Of a stretch of DNA of 64,000 nucleotides, positions 37,796-48,158 are shown one piece after another. The stretch covers positions 294,417 to 358,416 of the forward strand of contig CAYPYN010000003.1 in NCBI GenBank assembly GCA_964415295.1, written 5' to 3'. A program made the position numbers and the translations under genes. The notes beneath the pieces were generated by a model, which searched no databases, had not been told where the DNA came from, and saw only the letters and a list, made by a program, of their open reading frames with translations. The number at the start of each line of letters is the position of its first letter. The first letter of the stretch is position 1. Origin of the DNA: an uncultured Bacteroidota bacterium. GTDB lineage: Bacteria; CLD3; SB21.

Positions 37796-38875
37796 TCAAA
37801 AGCTTAAAGTATGAAACTCGTGCTTCTTCTTCAAGAAATAATCAACAACGATACTTCGGGGATAAATGACACGGTTCAGGCTTTCATCAGGGACCTTCCG
37901 TAGTTTCTGTACCGCACGTCTTTTTCGGATGAGGAGGGCGGTATGGGCGTATATCCAGAAGTGCGCTTTCAGGATCGCCAGTATGCGTTTGGGTTCCAGC
38001 TGGGATAGTGCGTGAATTCCGGCTACACCGTCGAGGACATATCTTTGCAGAAGGATCCTGAAAAAGTGTTTTGGTGAAAGGTTCTTAATAAGGAGTATCA
38101 GGCTGTTCCGGTGATTCCAGTACAGTTTTTTGAAATTGGCCGCCGGCAGGGAAGCGCTGACATAATGAAATACCAGAGAACGCGGCATCACTTTTATTTT
38201 GTATCCCCGCAAATGGAACCGCCAGCAAAGATCGATCTCTTCGTAGTGCATGAAGAACGTTTCGTCCAACAATCCGACATCGTCCAGCGCGGAGCGGCGA
38301 AGAAAAAGTGCGGCGCCGCTGGCCCAGAATATTTCCCGGACATCGTCGTACTGGCCCCTGTCTTGTTCGATGGTATCGAACATACGTCCTCGAAGGAACG
38401 CATACCCCCAGCGGTCGATAAACCCCCCTGAAGCGCCGGCGTACTCAAAGTAACCGCGATTGATCATCGATTGGAGTTTTGGCTGAAGCGCGGCGACCGT
38501 ATCGTCCGCTTCCGCTTCATGAACCAAGTGATCAAGCCAATCCGGTGCGACTTCTACGTCGTTATTCAACAGTACCAGGTATTTCCCACGTGCGGCGCGG
38601 ATACCGATGTTGTTGCCGCCGGTATACCCGAGATTGACCGCGGAGCGGATGAGCCGAACCTGAGAGTAATTGTCCGCGATCAGATCCGCGGAGCCGTCGG
38701 TCGAAGCATTGTCGACTACGATCCATTCCACGGCCGAATAAGCTGTCCGGAACAGCGAATCAAAGAGAGGTTTTACAAAGTTCTTGCCGTTGTAGTTGAG
38801 GATAACGACGGAAACCAGCGGGGATGTATTCATCAGGAATGCGGGTTGATCGGATGGTTTAGAAAGGCTGTTCAT
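37796..38875 (-). CDS. Family 2 glycosyltransferase.
   Basis: VSVVILNYNG..VVDNASTDGS motif. Confidence 0.85.
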   Translation of the reverse strand: MNSLSKPSDQPAFLMNTSPLVSVVILNYNGKNFVKPLFDSLFRTAYSAVEWIVVDNASTDGSADLIADNYSQVRLIRSAVNLGYTGGNNIGIRAARGKYLVLLNNDVEVAPDWLDHLVHEAEADDTVAALQPKLQSMINRGYFEYAGASGGFIDRWGYAFLRGRMFDTIEQDRGQYDDVREIFWASGAALFLRRSALDDVGLLDETFFMHYEEIDLCWRFHLRGYKIKVMPRSLVFHYVSASLPAANFKKLYWNHRNSLILLIKNLSPKHFFRILLQRYVLDGVAGIHALSQLEPKRILAILKAHFWIYAHTALLIRKRRAVQKLRKVPDESLNRVIYPRSIVVDYFLKKKHEFHTLSF

Positions 38876-40295
38876 CGCGGGAGTAGGGCGGAGGAACTTC
38901 CTGCGTACGGTTGACGTCTATTTCTACAAAGCGTGCGTATTTCTTGATAAAGCCGAGAGCTACGTCGCCGACCGGGCCGTTTCGCTGTTTTCCGATAATG
39001 ATCTCGGCGGGAACCAGATCCGCCTGCCGGTCCTGACTATCCTGGTCGTAATAATCCTGGCGGTGCACGAACATCACTACGTCCGCATCCTGCTCGATGG
39101 AACCGGAATCGCGGAGGTCGGACAACATGGGTTTCTTCTCGCCGCCACGTTGTTCCACTGCACGGGACAGCTGGCTGAGCGCCAGCACGGGGATGTCGAG
39201 TTCCTTGGCCAGCGCTTTGAGAGAGCGGGAAATGATCGCCACTTCTTCCTGACGGTTGGCATTGGCTTTGGCATTGGCATTGACCAGCTGCATGTAGTCG
39301 ACAATAAGGAGTTCGACCTGTTTTTCGACCTTCAGCCGCCGCGCGCGCGCGCGTAATTCTAAAATGTTCAGGCTCGGCGTGTCGTCGATATAAATCGGAG
39401 CCTTGGATAAACGTCCTACGCTGGTTGAAAGTTTGGACCATTCGTTGGACGGCAACATGCCGGTGCGGACTTTGTGGGCATCCACCTGAGCTTCCGCGCA
39501 GAGAAGACGCATCACGAGCTGCAGCGACGACATTTCGAGGCTGAAGAATCCGACGGGCTTATTGGCTTCGACGGCCACATTGCGCGCGATCGACAAGACC
39601 AGAGCCGTTTTGCCCATACTCGGCCGTCCGGCGACGATGATAAGATCGGAATTCTGGAATCCGCTGGTCATTTTATCCAGCGATTTGTATCCGGAAGTGA
39701 CCCCGGTGACCCCGCCGGGCTGGTGATGAAAACGCTCGATCTGCTCAAACACGTTGTGAAGGACAGGCTTCAGAGCTACAAATCCCTGCCGGCTTTTGTC
39801 CTCGGCGATCTTGAAGATCTGCTGTTCGACGGAATCGACCAGATGATCCACTTCTTCCGATTCCTGGAAAGCCTGCGTGACGATCTGAGAACCCACATTG
39901 ATCAATTTCCTCAAACGTGCTTTATCCAGAACGATCTTAGCGTAATTGGCGATATTGGACGCGCTTGGAACTTTCTGACTCAGGCCGGAAATGAAGTAGC
40001 TGCCGCCGACCCTTTCGAGTTGATTGGATTTTCGTAATTCTTCGGTCAGAGTGATCAGATCGATCGGTTCGCCGCGCGCATTGAGGGCGAGCATGGCATT
40101 AAATATGGTCCTGTGGGCTTCCTTGTAAAAACAGGTTTCGTCCATGATCTCGATAACCCGTCCGACGGCGTTTTCGTCGATCATCATCGAACCCAATATG
40201 GCCTCTTCGACGTCCACAGCCTGAGGAGGCACACGGCCGGAAAACTCGATGATTTTTGATTTTTCTTCAGGAACTGACATCGGGAGATCTAACAA
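38859..40295 (-). CDS. dnaB: Replicative DNA helicase.
   Basis: Walker A GRPSMGKT, Walker B, RecA-like C-terminal domain; 478 aa, no intein. Confidence 0.95.
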   Translation of the reverse strand: MLDLPMSVPEEKSKIIEFSGRVPPQAVDVEEAILGSMMIDENAVGRVIEIMDETCFYKEAHRTIFNAMLALNARGEPIDLITLTEELRKSNQLERVGGSYFISGLSQKVPSASNIANYAKIVLDKARLRKLINVGSQIVTQAFQESEEVDHLVDSVEQQIFKIAEDKSRQGFVALKPVLHNVFEQIERFHHQPGGVTGVTSGYKSLDKMTSGFQNSDLIIVAGRPSMGKTALVLSIARNVAVEANKPVGFFSLEMSSLQLVMRLLCAEAQVDAHKVRTGMLPSNEWSKLSTSVGRLSKAPIYIDDTPSLNILELRARARRLKVEKQVELLIVDYMQLVNANAKANANRQEEVAIISRSLKALAKELDIPVLALSQLSRAVEQRGGEKKPMLSDLRDSGSIEQDADVVMFVHRQDYYDQDSQDRQADLVPAEIIIGKQRNGPVGDVALGFIKKYARFVEIDVNRTQEVPPPYSRDEQPF

Positions 40296-40313
40296 TAAAA
40301 GGGGTTAAAAATT

Positions 40314-41078
40314 TTACTTTTTCAATTTAGCCAATATGTCGTTCACAGTCAAACCGGAAAAATTTCCTTCGTCAGGCGCGTGTTTCATCATTTTAATGAT
40401 CTGCGCGAGCAGATCGAGGGTTTCCGTGATCTTCTGACAACCGTCGATACTTGCCTCGATCAATTTCTTCACGCTGTCGGGATCCTTGGGATCACAGATC
40501 TGCGCACGTCCGGCGATCGGCGCTGTGGCGTTATTGATATGGTGCGAAATGGCGACCAGGGTTTGTTCCAGTGTAAGGATCCGCTCAAGTTCTTTTTCCT
40601 TTTGAATAAGCTCCGATCGCAGTTTCTTGAGCTTGAGCATGGAGGCCACACGAACACGGAGTTCGACCAGGTTGTATGGTTTGACCAGATAGTCGTCAGC
40701 CCCTTTTTCAAGACCGGCGATCTTGTCCATGGGATCGCTCTTCGCGGTGACCAGGACGATCGGAGTCATCTTGAGATCCGGTTCACTGCGAACGAGTTCG
40801 CAGAACTTGAAACCGTCCATTTTCGGCATCATGACGTCGCTGAGAACGAGATCGTGGTGATGTTCCCGCAATTTCTCCAAACCTTGTTCCCCGTCGCCGG
40901 CGACATCCACATTATATCCTTCTTTGCGGAAGAACATGTTCAGGATCGCCACGGTATCCGGATCGTCCTCGATGATCAGGATGCGCGTCGAAGCGGCATG
41001 TTTGTGTCTACGGACAGGCTCGGTATGGTACAGAGGCTTGGGTCTGTTATAAGACGTTTTGGTGGTTTTTGGCGACAT
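40314..41078 (-). CDS. Response regulator (receiver domain plus ~100-aa C-terminal domain of unknown type).
   Basis: ILIIEDD, LVLSDVMMP, T/K motifs. Confidence 0.75.
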   Translation of the reverse strand: MSPKTTKTSYNRPKPLYHTEPVRRHKHAASTRILIIEDDPDTVAILNMFFRKEGYNVDVAGDGEQGLEKLREHHHDLVLSDVMMPKMDGFKFCELVRSEPDLKMTPIVLVTAKSDPMDKIAGLEKGADDYLVKPYNLVELRVRVASMLKLKKLRSELIQKEKELERILTLEQTLVAISHHINNATAPIAGRAQICDPKDPDSVKKLIEASIDGCQKITETLDLLAQIIKMMKHAPDEGNFSGLTVNDILAKLKK

Positions 41079-41283
41079 GAAAAATGCTTATTGTGCGAAG
41101 CCGCAGGCGATTCTTAGATTGACTTTTATAGGCAAATGCTATACTTTGAACAGACTTTTTTCCAGCCATTCAGGCCGAAACCGACGATTTGAAGCGGATT
41201 TTTTGGTAGCCGATAATATACATTTTCACGGCCATTAGCAATGGTAATTTTATAATCCTATACGGAAGAATTGAAACAAAAAC

Positions 41284-42651
41284 ATGATCCTCCCGCGTTT
41301 GTTTTTCCTCCTTGTTCCGGTTCTGTTATGGTCGGTCTCCGGATGCCGCATCAAAACCCCTGAGATCGGCAAACTTCCACCCCGAGAAACGATGATCAAA
41401 TATTGCTGGCAGACCTTCGATTTTGGGTTGAAGGACAAAAGCGATTTTGTCAAAGTAAATACGATTCGTACTCTCGGTCGTCTGGGAAACAGGACTGCGA
41501 TCGACGTGCTCAGTTCCCACGACTTCGGATGGAAGCCGCAGTTAATCAAATCGTGCGTGATGACGCTGGCGCAGCAGCGCGACAGCGTGGCTTTTTACGG
41601 GCTTTATCACTACGGCTATGCCCGCGATTTCGGCGTACGTGAACAAGTGGTGATAGGCATGGCGCGTATGTCGGAACTGTTTCCGGACACCCTCGTGGCC
41701 CGTTACCTGAAAAAGATCCTGTCCGGCGTGGACAGCATTGCGGTGGATACGCTATTGTATGATTCATCAGAGATCGCGGCGGACAAAAATGAGCTGAAAG
41801 CCAAGATCGGCATGGCGCTTATGAAAGTGGGCGACCGGTCGGGAGAGGTCTATGTCAAGGCGGCCCAGAGAAATCCATCGCTTCAATCACGTCTTATGCT
41901 TGCAGGGATGGCCGGTGAGATCAGACCCCCCGGCGCGCAAACGATCGTCATTCCCTTGCTCAGGGATTCCTCTTCCTTCGTTCGGGCCAAAGCACTGGAA
42001 TCGCTGATCAGGATCAAGCCGGTTGATCTGGAAAATCGTTTGCGGGCGGCGTTAGCTTCCGATGCTTCCGAAGACGAACGATCCGTTGCGGCGATTGCTT
42101 TGCTTGAATACGATGAGAAAACGGCAGCGGAAAATCTCTTACATATGCTCGACAGCGACGACGAGGACATATTAAGCAAGGTCATATTGGCTCTTGGCAA
42201 GGTCAATACAAAACCGGTGAGGGATCGCGTGATTCCATTGCTGCGTAAACTTACGACGCAACCGTCCGATTGGGTGCGTATCTCATCGATTGCGGCGTTG
42301 GGCGAACTTAAAGATTACGAATCCGCCGATCTGATCGAAGCGGCGCTTAACGATAAATCGCAGGAGGTGCGTGAGATCGCCGTCGGTGTTCTATCGCGCT
42401 TCAAGGGCCGTTTGATGCTGGACGACTTGAAAAAACTTGCGAAGGACGATGAGTATTCCATGCGCTCGGTGGCCATCGCAGGACTCGGGAGTATTGAAAA
42501 CGATTCCCTGCAAAATGAGGTGATTCTGCCCATTCTGATGGACCGCTTGAAAAACGATGAGGAGCTGATCGTTCGTGTCCGCGCGGCTTTTACTATTCTG
42601 GATGTACTATCCAACCGGAAATATACCAAACCTACCGAAAAGAAAGATTAA
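41284..42651 (+). CDS. HEAT-repeat lipoprotein.
   Basis: Lipobox VSGC; repeated HEAT/PBS-lyase-like repeats (VRxxAxxALG). Confidence 0.55.
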   Translation: MILPRLFFLLVPVLLWSVSGCRIKTPEIGKLPPRETMIKYCWQTFDFGLKDKSDFVKVNTIRTLGRLGNRTAIDVLSSHDFGWKPQLIKSCVMTLAQQRDSVAFYGLYHYGYARDFGVREQVVIGMARMSELFPDTLVARYLKKILSGVDSIAVDTLLYDSSEIAADKNELKAKIGMALMKVGDRSGEVYVKAAQRNPSLQSRLMLAGMAGEIRPPGAQTIVIPLLRDSSSFVRAKALESLIRIKPVDLENRLRAALASDASEDERSVAAIALLEYDEKTAAENLLHMLDSDDEDILSKVILALGKVNTKPVRDRVIPLLRKLTTQPSDWVRISSIAALGELKDYESADLIEAALNDKSQEVREIAVGVLSRFKGRLMLDDLKKLAKDDEYSMRSVAIAGLGSIENDSLQNEVILPILMDRLKNDEELIVRVRAAFTILDVLSNRKYTKPTEKKD

Positions 42652-42668
42652 TTTGAGGAGTCTTCCCC

Positions 42669-45449
42669 ATGAGTAAATGGATCGCCGCAGGCCTTACGGC
42701 CGTTTTCCTTTTTTATTTGGTCAATAATCTGACGGATTTCTATACGGAACTATTATGGTTTCGTTCATTAGGTTACGAGGATCCGTTCTGGACCATTTAT
42801 ACTACCGAATACGTTTACGGCTTTTTGTACTTTGCCGTATTCTGGCTGATCGTGGGCGTCAATTTGTGGATCGCTTCCCGGGTACCTTCGGTCATGGTGC
42901 GCTCAGGCGGCGAAGCTTTTCCGCAGCAGCTGGAAGTTCTGGCGAGACCGGCCAAATTCATCTTTTTCGGAGTCTTGGTGTTTATCAGCTATATCATGGC
43001 GGCCGCGCCGGCATCCAATTGGATGCGGGTTCTGCAATTCCTTAACAGCGAAAAATTCGGCAATACCGACGCCGTGTTCCAAAAGGATATCGGTTTCTAT
43101 GTTTACGAATTGCCGTTCTACCAGTCCACGGTCAATTGGCTCTTCGGCGTTTTGATCGTGACGATCATTGCGACGGCTGCCGCGCATGTGTATAAGCGTG
43201 CCGTACATTTCACGCCGCAGGGAATCCGGCTGGGAAACTTTACCCGCCGCCATATTATGGTGTTGATCGCGATCGTCATGATAGTGTATTCGCTCGACTA
43301 TCATTTCAGCCAGTACGATATTCTATACAAAGATAATGGGGTCGTCGTCGGCGCGGGATATACGGACGTGAATGCGACCTTATTCGGATATCAATTTATG
43401 CAGTTTATGGCTATACTCGCGGCTGCAGGCGCGTTGGCGGCCGCTGTCAAAGGTTCATGGAAATGGTTGATCGGCAGTGCGGTGCTACAGGTGGGCGCCG
43501 CCTTCGTCGTCCTGAATATTTATCCCGCCCTTATCCAGCGGTTCGTCGTCAAGCCCAACGAACTGGAAAAGGAAAAGCCGTATATCGAAGAGAATATCAA
43601 GCAGACGCGCAGGGCGTACGAACTTGACAAAATCGTAGAAAAGGACTTCAAATACGATCTTTCTTTGACGGGCAGCGATATCAAGGCCAATAACACGACG
43701 ATCAAGAATGTGACCTTGTGGGATTACCGGCCTTTGCGCGATTCGTACTCGCAATTGCAGGAGATACGCCCTTATTACAATTTCTATGACGTCGACATCG
43801 ACCGTTATGTCCTCAATGGAGAATACCGCCAGGTCATGCTGTCGGCGCGGGAGTTAAATCTGCAGAAGATCGGCAGCGATAACTGGATCAATAAGACCTT
43901 CATATACACGCACGGCCACGGCGTCGTCATGAGTCCGGTTAATGTTGTAACCTCGGAAGGACAACCGGAATTTTTTATCAAAAATATACCTCCTACGTTT
44001 TCCGTTGATATGAAAATCGACCGGCCTGAGATCTATTTCGGTGAGCTTCAGAATATCGACGATTACATTGTCGTCAAGACCAGCAAAGAGGAATTCGATT
44101 TCCCCCTTGGAGAGAAGAACCAGCACACGTTCTATAAAGAAGATGCAGGGGTAGAGATCGGAAGCGTGGGCCGGAAGATCCTATTTGCGATACGCTTCGG
44201 CAAATTCAATTTCCTGTTGAATGATTATATCCAGCCCGAAAGCAAGATCATCTATTACCGGAATATCACCGACCGCGTGCGGAAGATCATCCCTTACATC
44301 AAGCTGGACAACGATCCCTATATGGTCGTGGAGAACGGACGCTTGTATTGGATATTCGACGGATTTACGACTACCGATCAGTATCCCTATGCCAAGATGT
44401 CCTATGAACGGAGTAACTCGCCGTTCGGCCGCGGCCGTTCGTACAATTACATCCGGAATTCCGTAAAAGTCGTGGTCGACGCGTACAACGGAACGACGAA
44501 TATTTACAGTTTCAATCCGGACAGCGATCCGTTGATCCGGGTTTATGCCAAGATATTCCCGGGCGTTTTCAGATCCCTCGACACCATGCCGGAGTATTTA
44601 CGCAAACACCTCCGGTATCCGCAGGACCTCTTTGACATCCAGGCGCAATTGTTCGCCCAGTATCATGTGGAAGATGCCAATGTGTTTTTTAACCGCGAAG
44701 ACGAATGGAATACTGCCACGGAGAAATACGGGGACGACGTCCAGCGCATGGAGAGCTATTATGTGATCATGAAACTTCCTGAAGAGACCAAAGAAGAGTT
44801 CCTTATGATGATCCCTTTTACGCCCAACACTAAACCGAATATGATCGCGTGGTTCTGCGCGCGCAGCGACGGGGAGAATTACGGTAAACTGATGGTCTAC
44901 AAATTTCCAAAGACGGAGCTGGTATACGGCCCGATGCAGGTGGAAAGCCGCATCGATCAGACGCCGGAAATCTCTGAGAAGCTGACGTTATGGAATCAGC
45001 AGGGTTCGAGAGTGACGCGCGGCAATCTGCTGGTCATCCCAATCAAGAATTCGGTATTGTACGTAGAACCACTGTATCTTCAGTCTCAGCAGAGCAAGAT
45101 GCCCGAACTCAAGAAAGTGATCGTAGCTTACGAGAATTACATTTATATGGAAGACAATCTGGAGACCGGGCTCGAAAAAATATTCGGCGGCAGTATTACT
45201 CCGGGCGGCACCGACAAATCGGCTGTTACGGCGGCCGTATCGACGGCGGAGGAATTGTCTAAGGGCGTATCGGCCGTATCGTCGGACCTGGCAAAAAGCA
45301 TCAGGGACCTCTCCCGTTCTGCCATGGAAAATTACAATAACGCTCAGGATGCACTGAAAAAAGGCAACTGGACAAGATACGGAGAAAGTCTCGAACGTTT
45401 GAAGAAAGATCTGGAGAAGCTGGCCGAAAAGAGCAAAGGCCTGCAATAG
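42669..45449 (+). CDS. UPF0182 family large membrane protein.
   Basis: N-terminal LWFRSLGY motif, multi-TM N-terminal third, 926 aa. Confidence 0.7.
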   Translation: MSKWIAAGLTAVFLFYLVNNLTDFYTELLWFRSLGYEDPFWTIYTTEYVYGFLYFAVFWLIVGVNLWIASRVPSVMVRSGGEAFPQQLEVLARPAKFIFFGVLVFISYIMAAAPASNWMRVLQFLNSEKFGNTDAVFQKDIGFYVYELPFYQSTVNWLFGVLIVTIIATAAAHVYKRAVHFTPQGIRLGNFTRRHIMVLIAIVMIVYSLDYHFSQYDILYKDNGVVVGAGYTDVNATLFGYQFMQFMAILAAAGALAAAVKGSWKWLIGSAVLQVGAAFVVLNIYPALIQRFVVKPNELEKEKPYIEENIKQTRRAYELDKIVEKDFKYDLSLTGSDIKANNTTIKNVTLWDYRPLRDSYSQLQEIRPYYNFYDVDIDRYVLNGEYRQVMLSARELNLQKIGSDNWINKTFIYTHGHGVVMSPVNVVTSEGQPEFFIKNIPPTFSVDMKIDRPEIYFGELQNIDDYIVVKTSKEEFDFPLGEKNQHTFYKEDAGVEIGSVGRKILFAIRFGKFNFLLNDYIQPESKIIYYRNITDRVRKIIPYIKLDNDPYMVVENGRLYWIFDGFTTTDQYPYAKMSYERSNSPFGRGRSYNYIRNSVKVVVDAYNGTTNIYSFNPDSDPLIRVYAKIFPGVFRSLDTMPEYLRKHLRYPQDLFDIQAQLFAQYHVEDANVFFNREDEWNTATEKYGDDVQRMESYYVIMKLPEETKEEFLMMIPFTPNTKPNMIAWFCARSDGENYGKLMVYKFPKTELVYGPMQVESRIDQTPEISEKLTLWNQQGSRVTRGNLLVIPIKNSVLYVEPLYLQSQQSKMPELKKVIVAYENYIYMEDNLETGLEKIFGGSITPGGTDKSAVTAAVSTAEELSKGVSAVSSDLAKSIRDLSRSAMENYNNAQDALKKGNWTRYGESLERLKKDLEKLAEKSKGLQ

Positions 45450-45462
45450 CCGGATAAAACAT

Positions 45463-46161
45463 ATGAAACAGTCGATCGACGTTTTTTCCAAGCGGCACGG
45501 GCTGATCGTCAGCCAAAACCGCGAGGATGCACAGGAAATGGAATTTCATCTGAGCACGCTTCTGGGGATCAATATCCTCTTATGCGACACGATCCCCGAA
45601 GCGCAGCGTCTGCTGAAAGCGGAACCGATCGATATCGTACTATTGGATACGAAAATGGATCATCCCAACCCATTCATCATATGCAAATTCATCAAATCCG
45701 ACGAAGATCTTTGGAATATTCCTCTGATCGCGCTTTTATCGGAGAACGACCTGAATAACCGCAGCCACGCTCTCAATTACGGCGCCGATGATTTTCTCAT
45801 GCGTCCCTTCGACTATTCCGAAGTGTACAGCCGGACAAGGGCTCAGCTGCGTTTGAGGGAATTGTACCTGCAGTTACTCGAAGATGAACGCATGAAGGTG
45901 CTGTTTGAAATGGCCGGAGCGGCGGCGCACGAATTGGCTCAGCCGGTGACAGGGGCCATGGCCCTTATTCAGGTCATACTTGCGAAGAGGGACAAACAGA
46001 TCCCCGATGTGGACACGGAAATGAAGATGCTGTACGAATGTCTTCAGAGGGCCACCGACGTTATTCACAAGATCCAGAAGATCCGGAAATACGAGACTAC
46101 GCCTTATGCCGGCGCCAACCACATCATAGACATCAACAAAGCCTCGGAATCCAATCGTTGA
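45463..46161 (+). CDS. Receiver-like domain fused to a HisKA/DHp-like H-box, with no ATPase domain.
   Basis: IVLLDTKMD phospho-acceptor context; AAHELAQPVTGA H-box; only 232 aa. Confidence 0.55.
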   Translation: MKQSIDVFSKRHGLIVSQNREDAQEMEFHLSTLLGINILLCDTIPEAQRLLKAEPIDIVLLDTKMDHPNPFIICKFIKSDEDLWNIPLIALLSENDLNNRSHALNYGADDFLMRPFDYSEVYSRTRAQLRLRELYLQLLEDERMKVLFEMAGAAAHELAQPVTGAMALIQVILAKRDKQIPDVDTEMKMLYECLQRATDVIHKIQKIRKYETTPYAGANHIIDINKASESNR

Positions 46162-46163
46162 TC

Positions 46164-47618
46164 ATGAAATTTCCTTCCATTTTTCGACGAAACCGTTTGC
46201 AGGAGCCGACTTCCCATATGGCAGTGTGGCCCGATCCGGAAGAATTGCTAAAGGCGGGTGATCATGCCATGTCCTGCGGAGCCGATATGGTTGAGTTTTT
46301 TATGGAAAGATCGAGGGACACGCTGATCACGTTGAGCGAGGATAAGATCAACTGCGCGAAAAAGGTATACAAATTCGGTGTGGGAGTCCGCGTTCTGCAG
46401 GGCCGTCAGACGGGATATGCCTATTGCGATTCGACGGAAATCGGCCGCATTCGCAAAGCCGTCGAGGCCGCATCGGCTCTTGGGCCGGATACCGTTTCGG
46501 CGAAAGCAACCGGGGTTCCGCCTATCAAGAAAGAAAGTATGCTGCGAGTAAATTCCTCGGCAGAACAGGACGAAGCGCTTAAGGCCGGCCTTCTTCATCG
46601 CGCCAACAGCGCCGCAAGGAAATTCCATCCACAGATTGTGGATGTAACCTGTACGTATCATGAAATTGAAAGGGAGATCCGGATCGTCAATTCCCGTGGA
46701 TTGTTCCGTCAGGAGCTTCGTTCCTATCTGAATTTCGACGTATCCGTTTTCGCAGAAGGGAAGACCCAAAGCAGCGGTCACGCTTATGGCGGCGGTCAGT
46801 CGATGGCGGATATGGTTGATTCCCGTTCGCCGGAGATGACAGCCGAAGAGGCCGCGGGACAGGCCGTACGTATGCTGGAAGCCCGCGAATGCCCGGTGGG
46901 TCATTTCCCGGTGATCATTCACCGCGGATGGGGCGGCATGCTCTTTCACGAAGCGGCCGGTCACGGGCTGGAAGGCGATTATCTCCGAAAAGGCACATCG
47001 GTGTTTTCAGGCCGACTGGGTCAGAGGGTGGCTTCGGAAAAGGTGACGTTGATCGACGACGGCACTTTTGCACACGGAAGAGGCACCATGGTCATGGACG
47101 ACGAAGGCACGCCGGCAAAAAAAAATGTCTTGATTGAGAACGGAATTTTGAGGAATTATATGTATGATTCCTTTAATGCGGGGTTGATGAAAACGGAATC
47201 GACGGGAAACGCAAGGCGGGAGGATTTCAAGCACCCGCCGCTGCCGCGCATGACCAATACGTATATTGCGGCTGGTCAGGACGATCCCGATGACATGATC
47301 CGTTCCGTCCGAAGCGGTTTGTTGGCCCGTTCTCTCGGGCATGGGCAGGTGGATATCATAAGCGGTCGTTTTGTTTTTGAGGTCACAGAAGGTTATTGGA
47401 TAGAGGACGGCAGGATAACCTATCCTGTCAAGAATGCGACCCTTATCGGCAACGGGCCTGATATTCTGAATAAGATCTCTGCCGTGGGCCACGATCTGGA
47501 AATAGAGACCGGAACGGGATACTGCGGAAAGGACGGCCAGACCGTACCGATCAGTGTCGGACAACCTACGATCATGGTTAGCGGCATGACCGTCGGCGGA
47601 ACCCGTATCGGTGCATAA
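46164..47618 (+). CDS. tldD: TldD/PmbA family metallopeptidase. Start placed at the Met at 46164; the ORF track's 46038 start overlaps the previous gene.
   Basis: TldD-like N-terminal region (GADMVEFF..) and C-terminal GxGxC region; ~484 aa. Confidence 0.8.
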   Translation: MKFPSIFRRNRLQEPTSHMAVWPDPEELLKAGDHAMSCGADMVEFFMERSRDTLITLSEDKINCAKKVYKFGVGVRVLQGRQTGYAYCDSTEIGRIRKAVEAASALGPDTVSAKATGVPPIKKESMLRVNSSAEQDEALKAGLLHRANSAARKFHPQIVDVTCTYHEIEREIRIVNSRGLFRQELRSYLNFDVSVFAEGKTQSSGHAYGGGQSMADMVDSRSPEMTAEEAAGQAVRMLEARECPVGHFPVIIHRGWGGMLFHEAAGHGLEGDYLRKGTSVFSGRLGQRVASEKVTLIDDGTFAHGRGTMVMDDEGTPAKKNVLIENGILRNYMYDSFNAGLMKTESTGNARREDFKHPPLPRMTNTYIAAGQDDPDDMIRSVRSGLLARSLGHGQVDIISGRFVFEVTEGYWIEDGRITYPVKNATLIGNGPDILNKISAVGHDLEIETGTGYCGKDGQTVPISVGQPTIMVSGMTVGGTRIGA

Positions 47619-47631
47619 CAGAAAGGTAAGC

Positions 47632-48117
47632 ATGCAGGCACAAAAAGCGCATCCATTGAGTAGTTGGCATATCGCATTTCCGAATGATACCAATCCGCAC
47701 GGAACCATGTTCGGCGGCAAGGTCATGGCCATTATGGACATTCAGGCCGGGATCGTGGCTTCGCATTACTGCCACAAGATCGTGGTAACCGCATCAACGG
47801 AAGCCGTGGATTTTAAAAATCCCGTAAAGGTGGGTGACCGCTTGGAAACGATTTCAAGAGTGGTGTATGTCGGAAAAACTTCTTTGGTAGTAAAGATAGA
47901 CGCCTTTGCCGAAAATCCTCTTTCCGGGAAGCGTAAACACTGTACCACGGCCTTTTTCAACATGGTGGCCCTCGACGAGGACGGATCGCCGACGCCCATT
48001 CCTCCGCTGGTCATCGAAACCGAAGATGAAAAAAAGGATTTCGAGCTGGCGCAGTTGATCAAACAGAATGCGCTGGAAAGAAAAAAGAAACTGCAGGAGT
48101 CCGTTAAAGATCAGTAA
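47632..48117 (+). CDS. Acyl-CoA thioesterase (hotdog fold). ATG at 47632, preceded by an AGAAAGG SD.
   Basis: NxxGTxFGGxxMxxMD motif (NPHGTMFGGKVMAIMD). Confidence 0.75.
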   Translation: MQAQKAHPLSSWHIAFPNDTNPHGTMFGGKVMAIMDIQAGIVASHYCHKIVVTASTEAVDFKNPVKVGDRLETISRVVYVGKTSLVVKIDAFAENPLSGKRKHCTTAFFNMVALDEDGSPTPIPPLVIETEDEKKDFELAQLIKQNALERKKKLQESVKDQ

Positions 48118-48158
48118 TAGTAAACCAAGCGATATTCAATTACCATTTTTGAGGTTCC

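Noticed and set aside
46038-46163. Upstream extensions of tldD (46038), the PorV-like gene (50198), M50 protease (56371), lpxB (56496), the barrel (4331) and coaE (14900) in the ORF track.
   Set aside because: The longest-ORF starts overlap the preceding genes. Internal ATGs that abut the upstream stop codons (or follow SD-like sequences, or give a signal peptide) were used instead.
46248-47741. Minus-strand ORFs of 238 aa and 244 aa.
   Set aside because: Antisense to tldD; no recognisable features.
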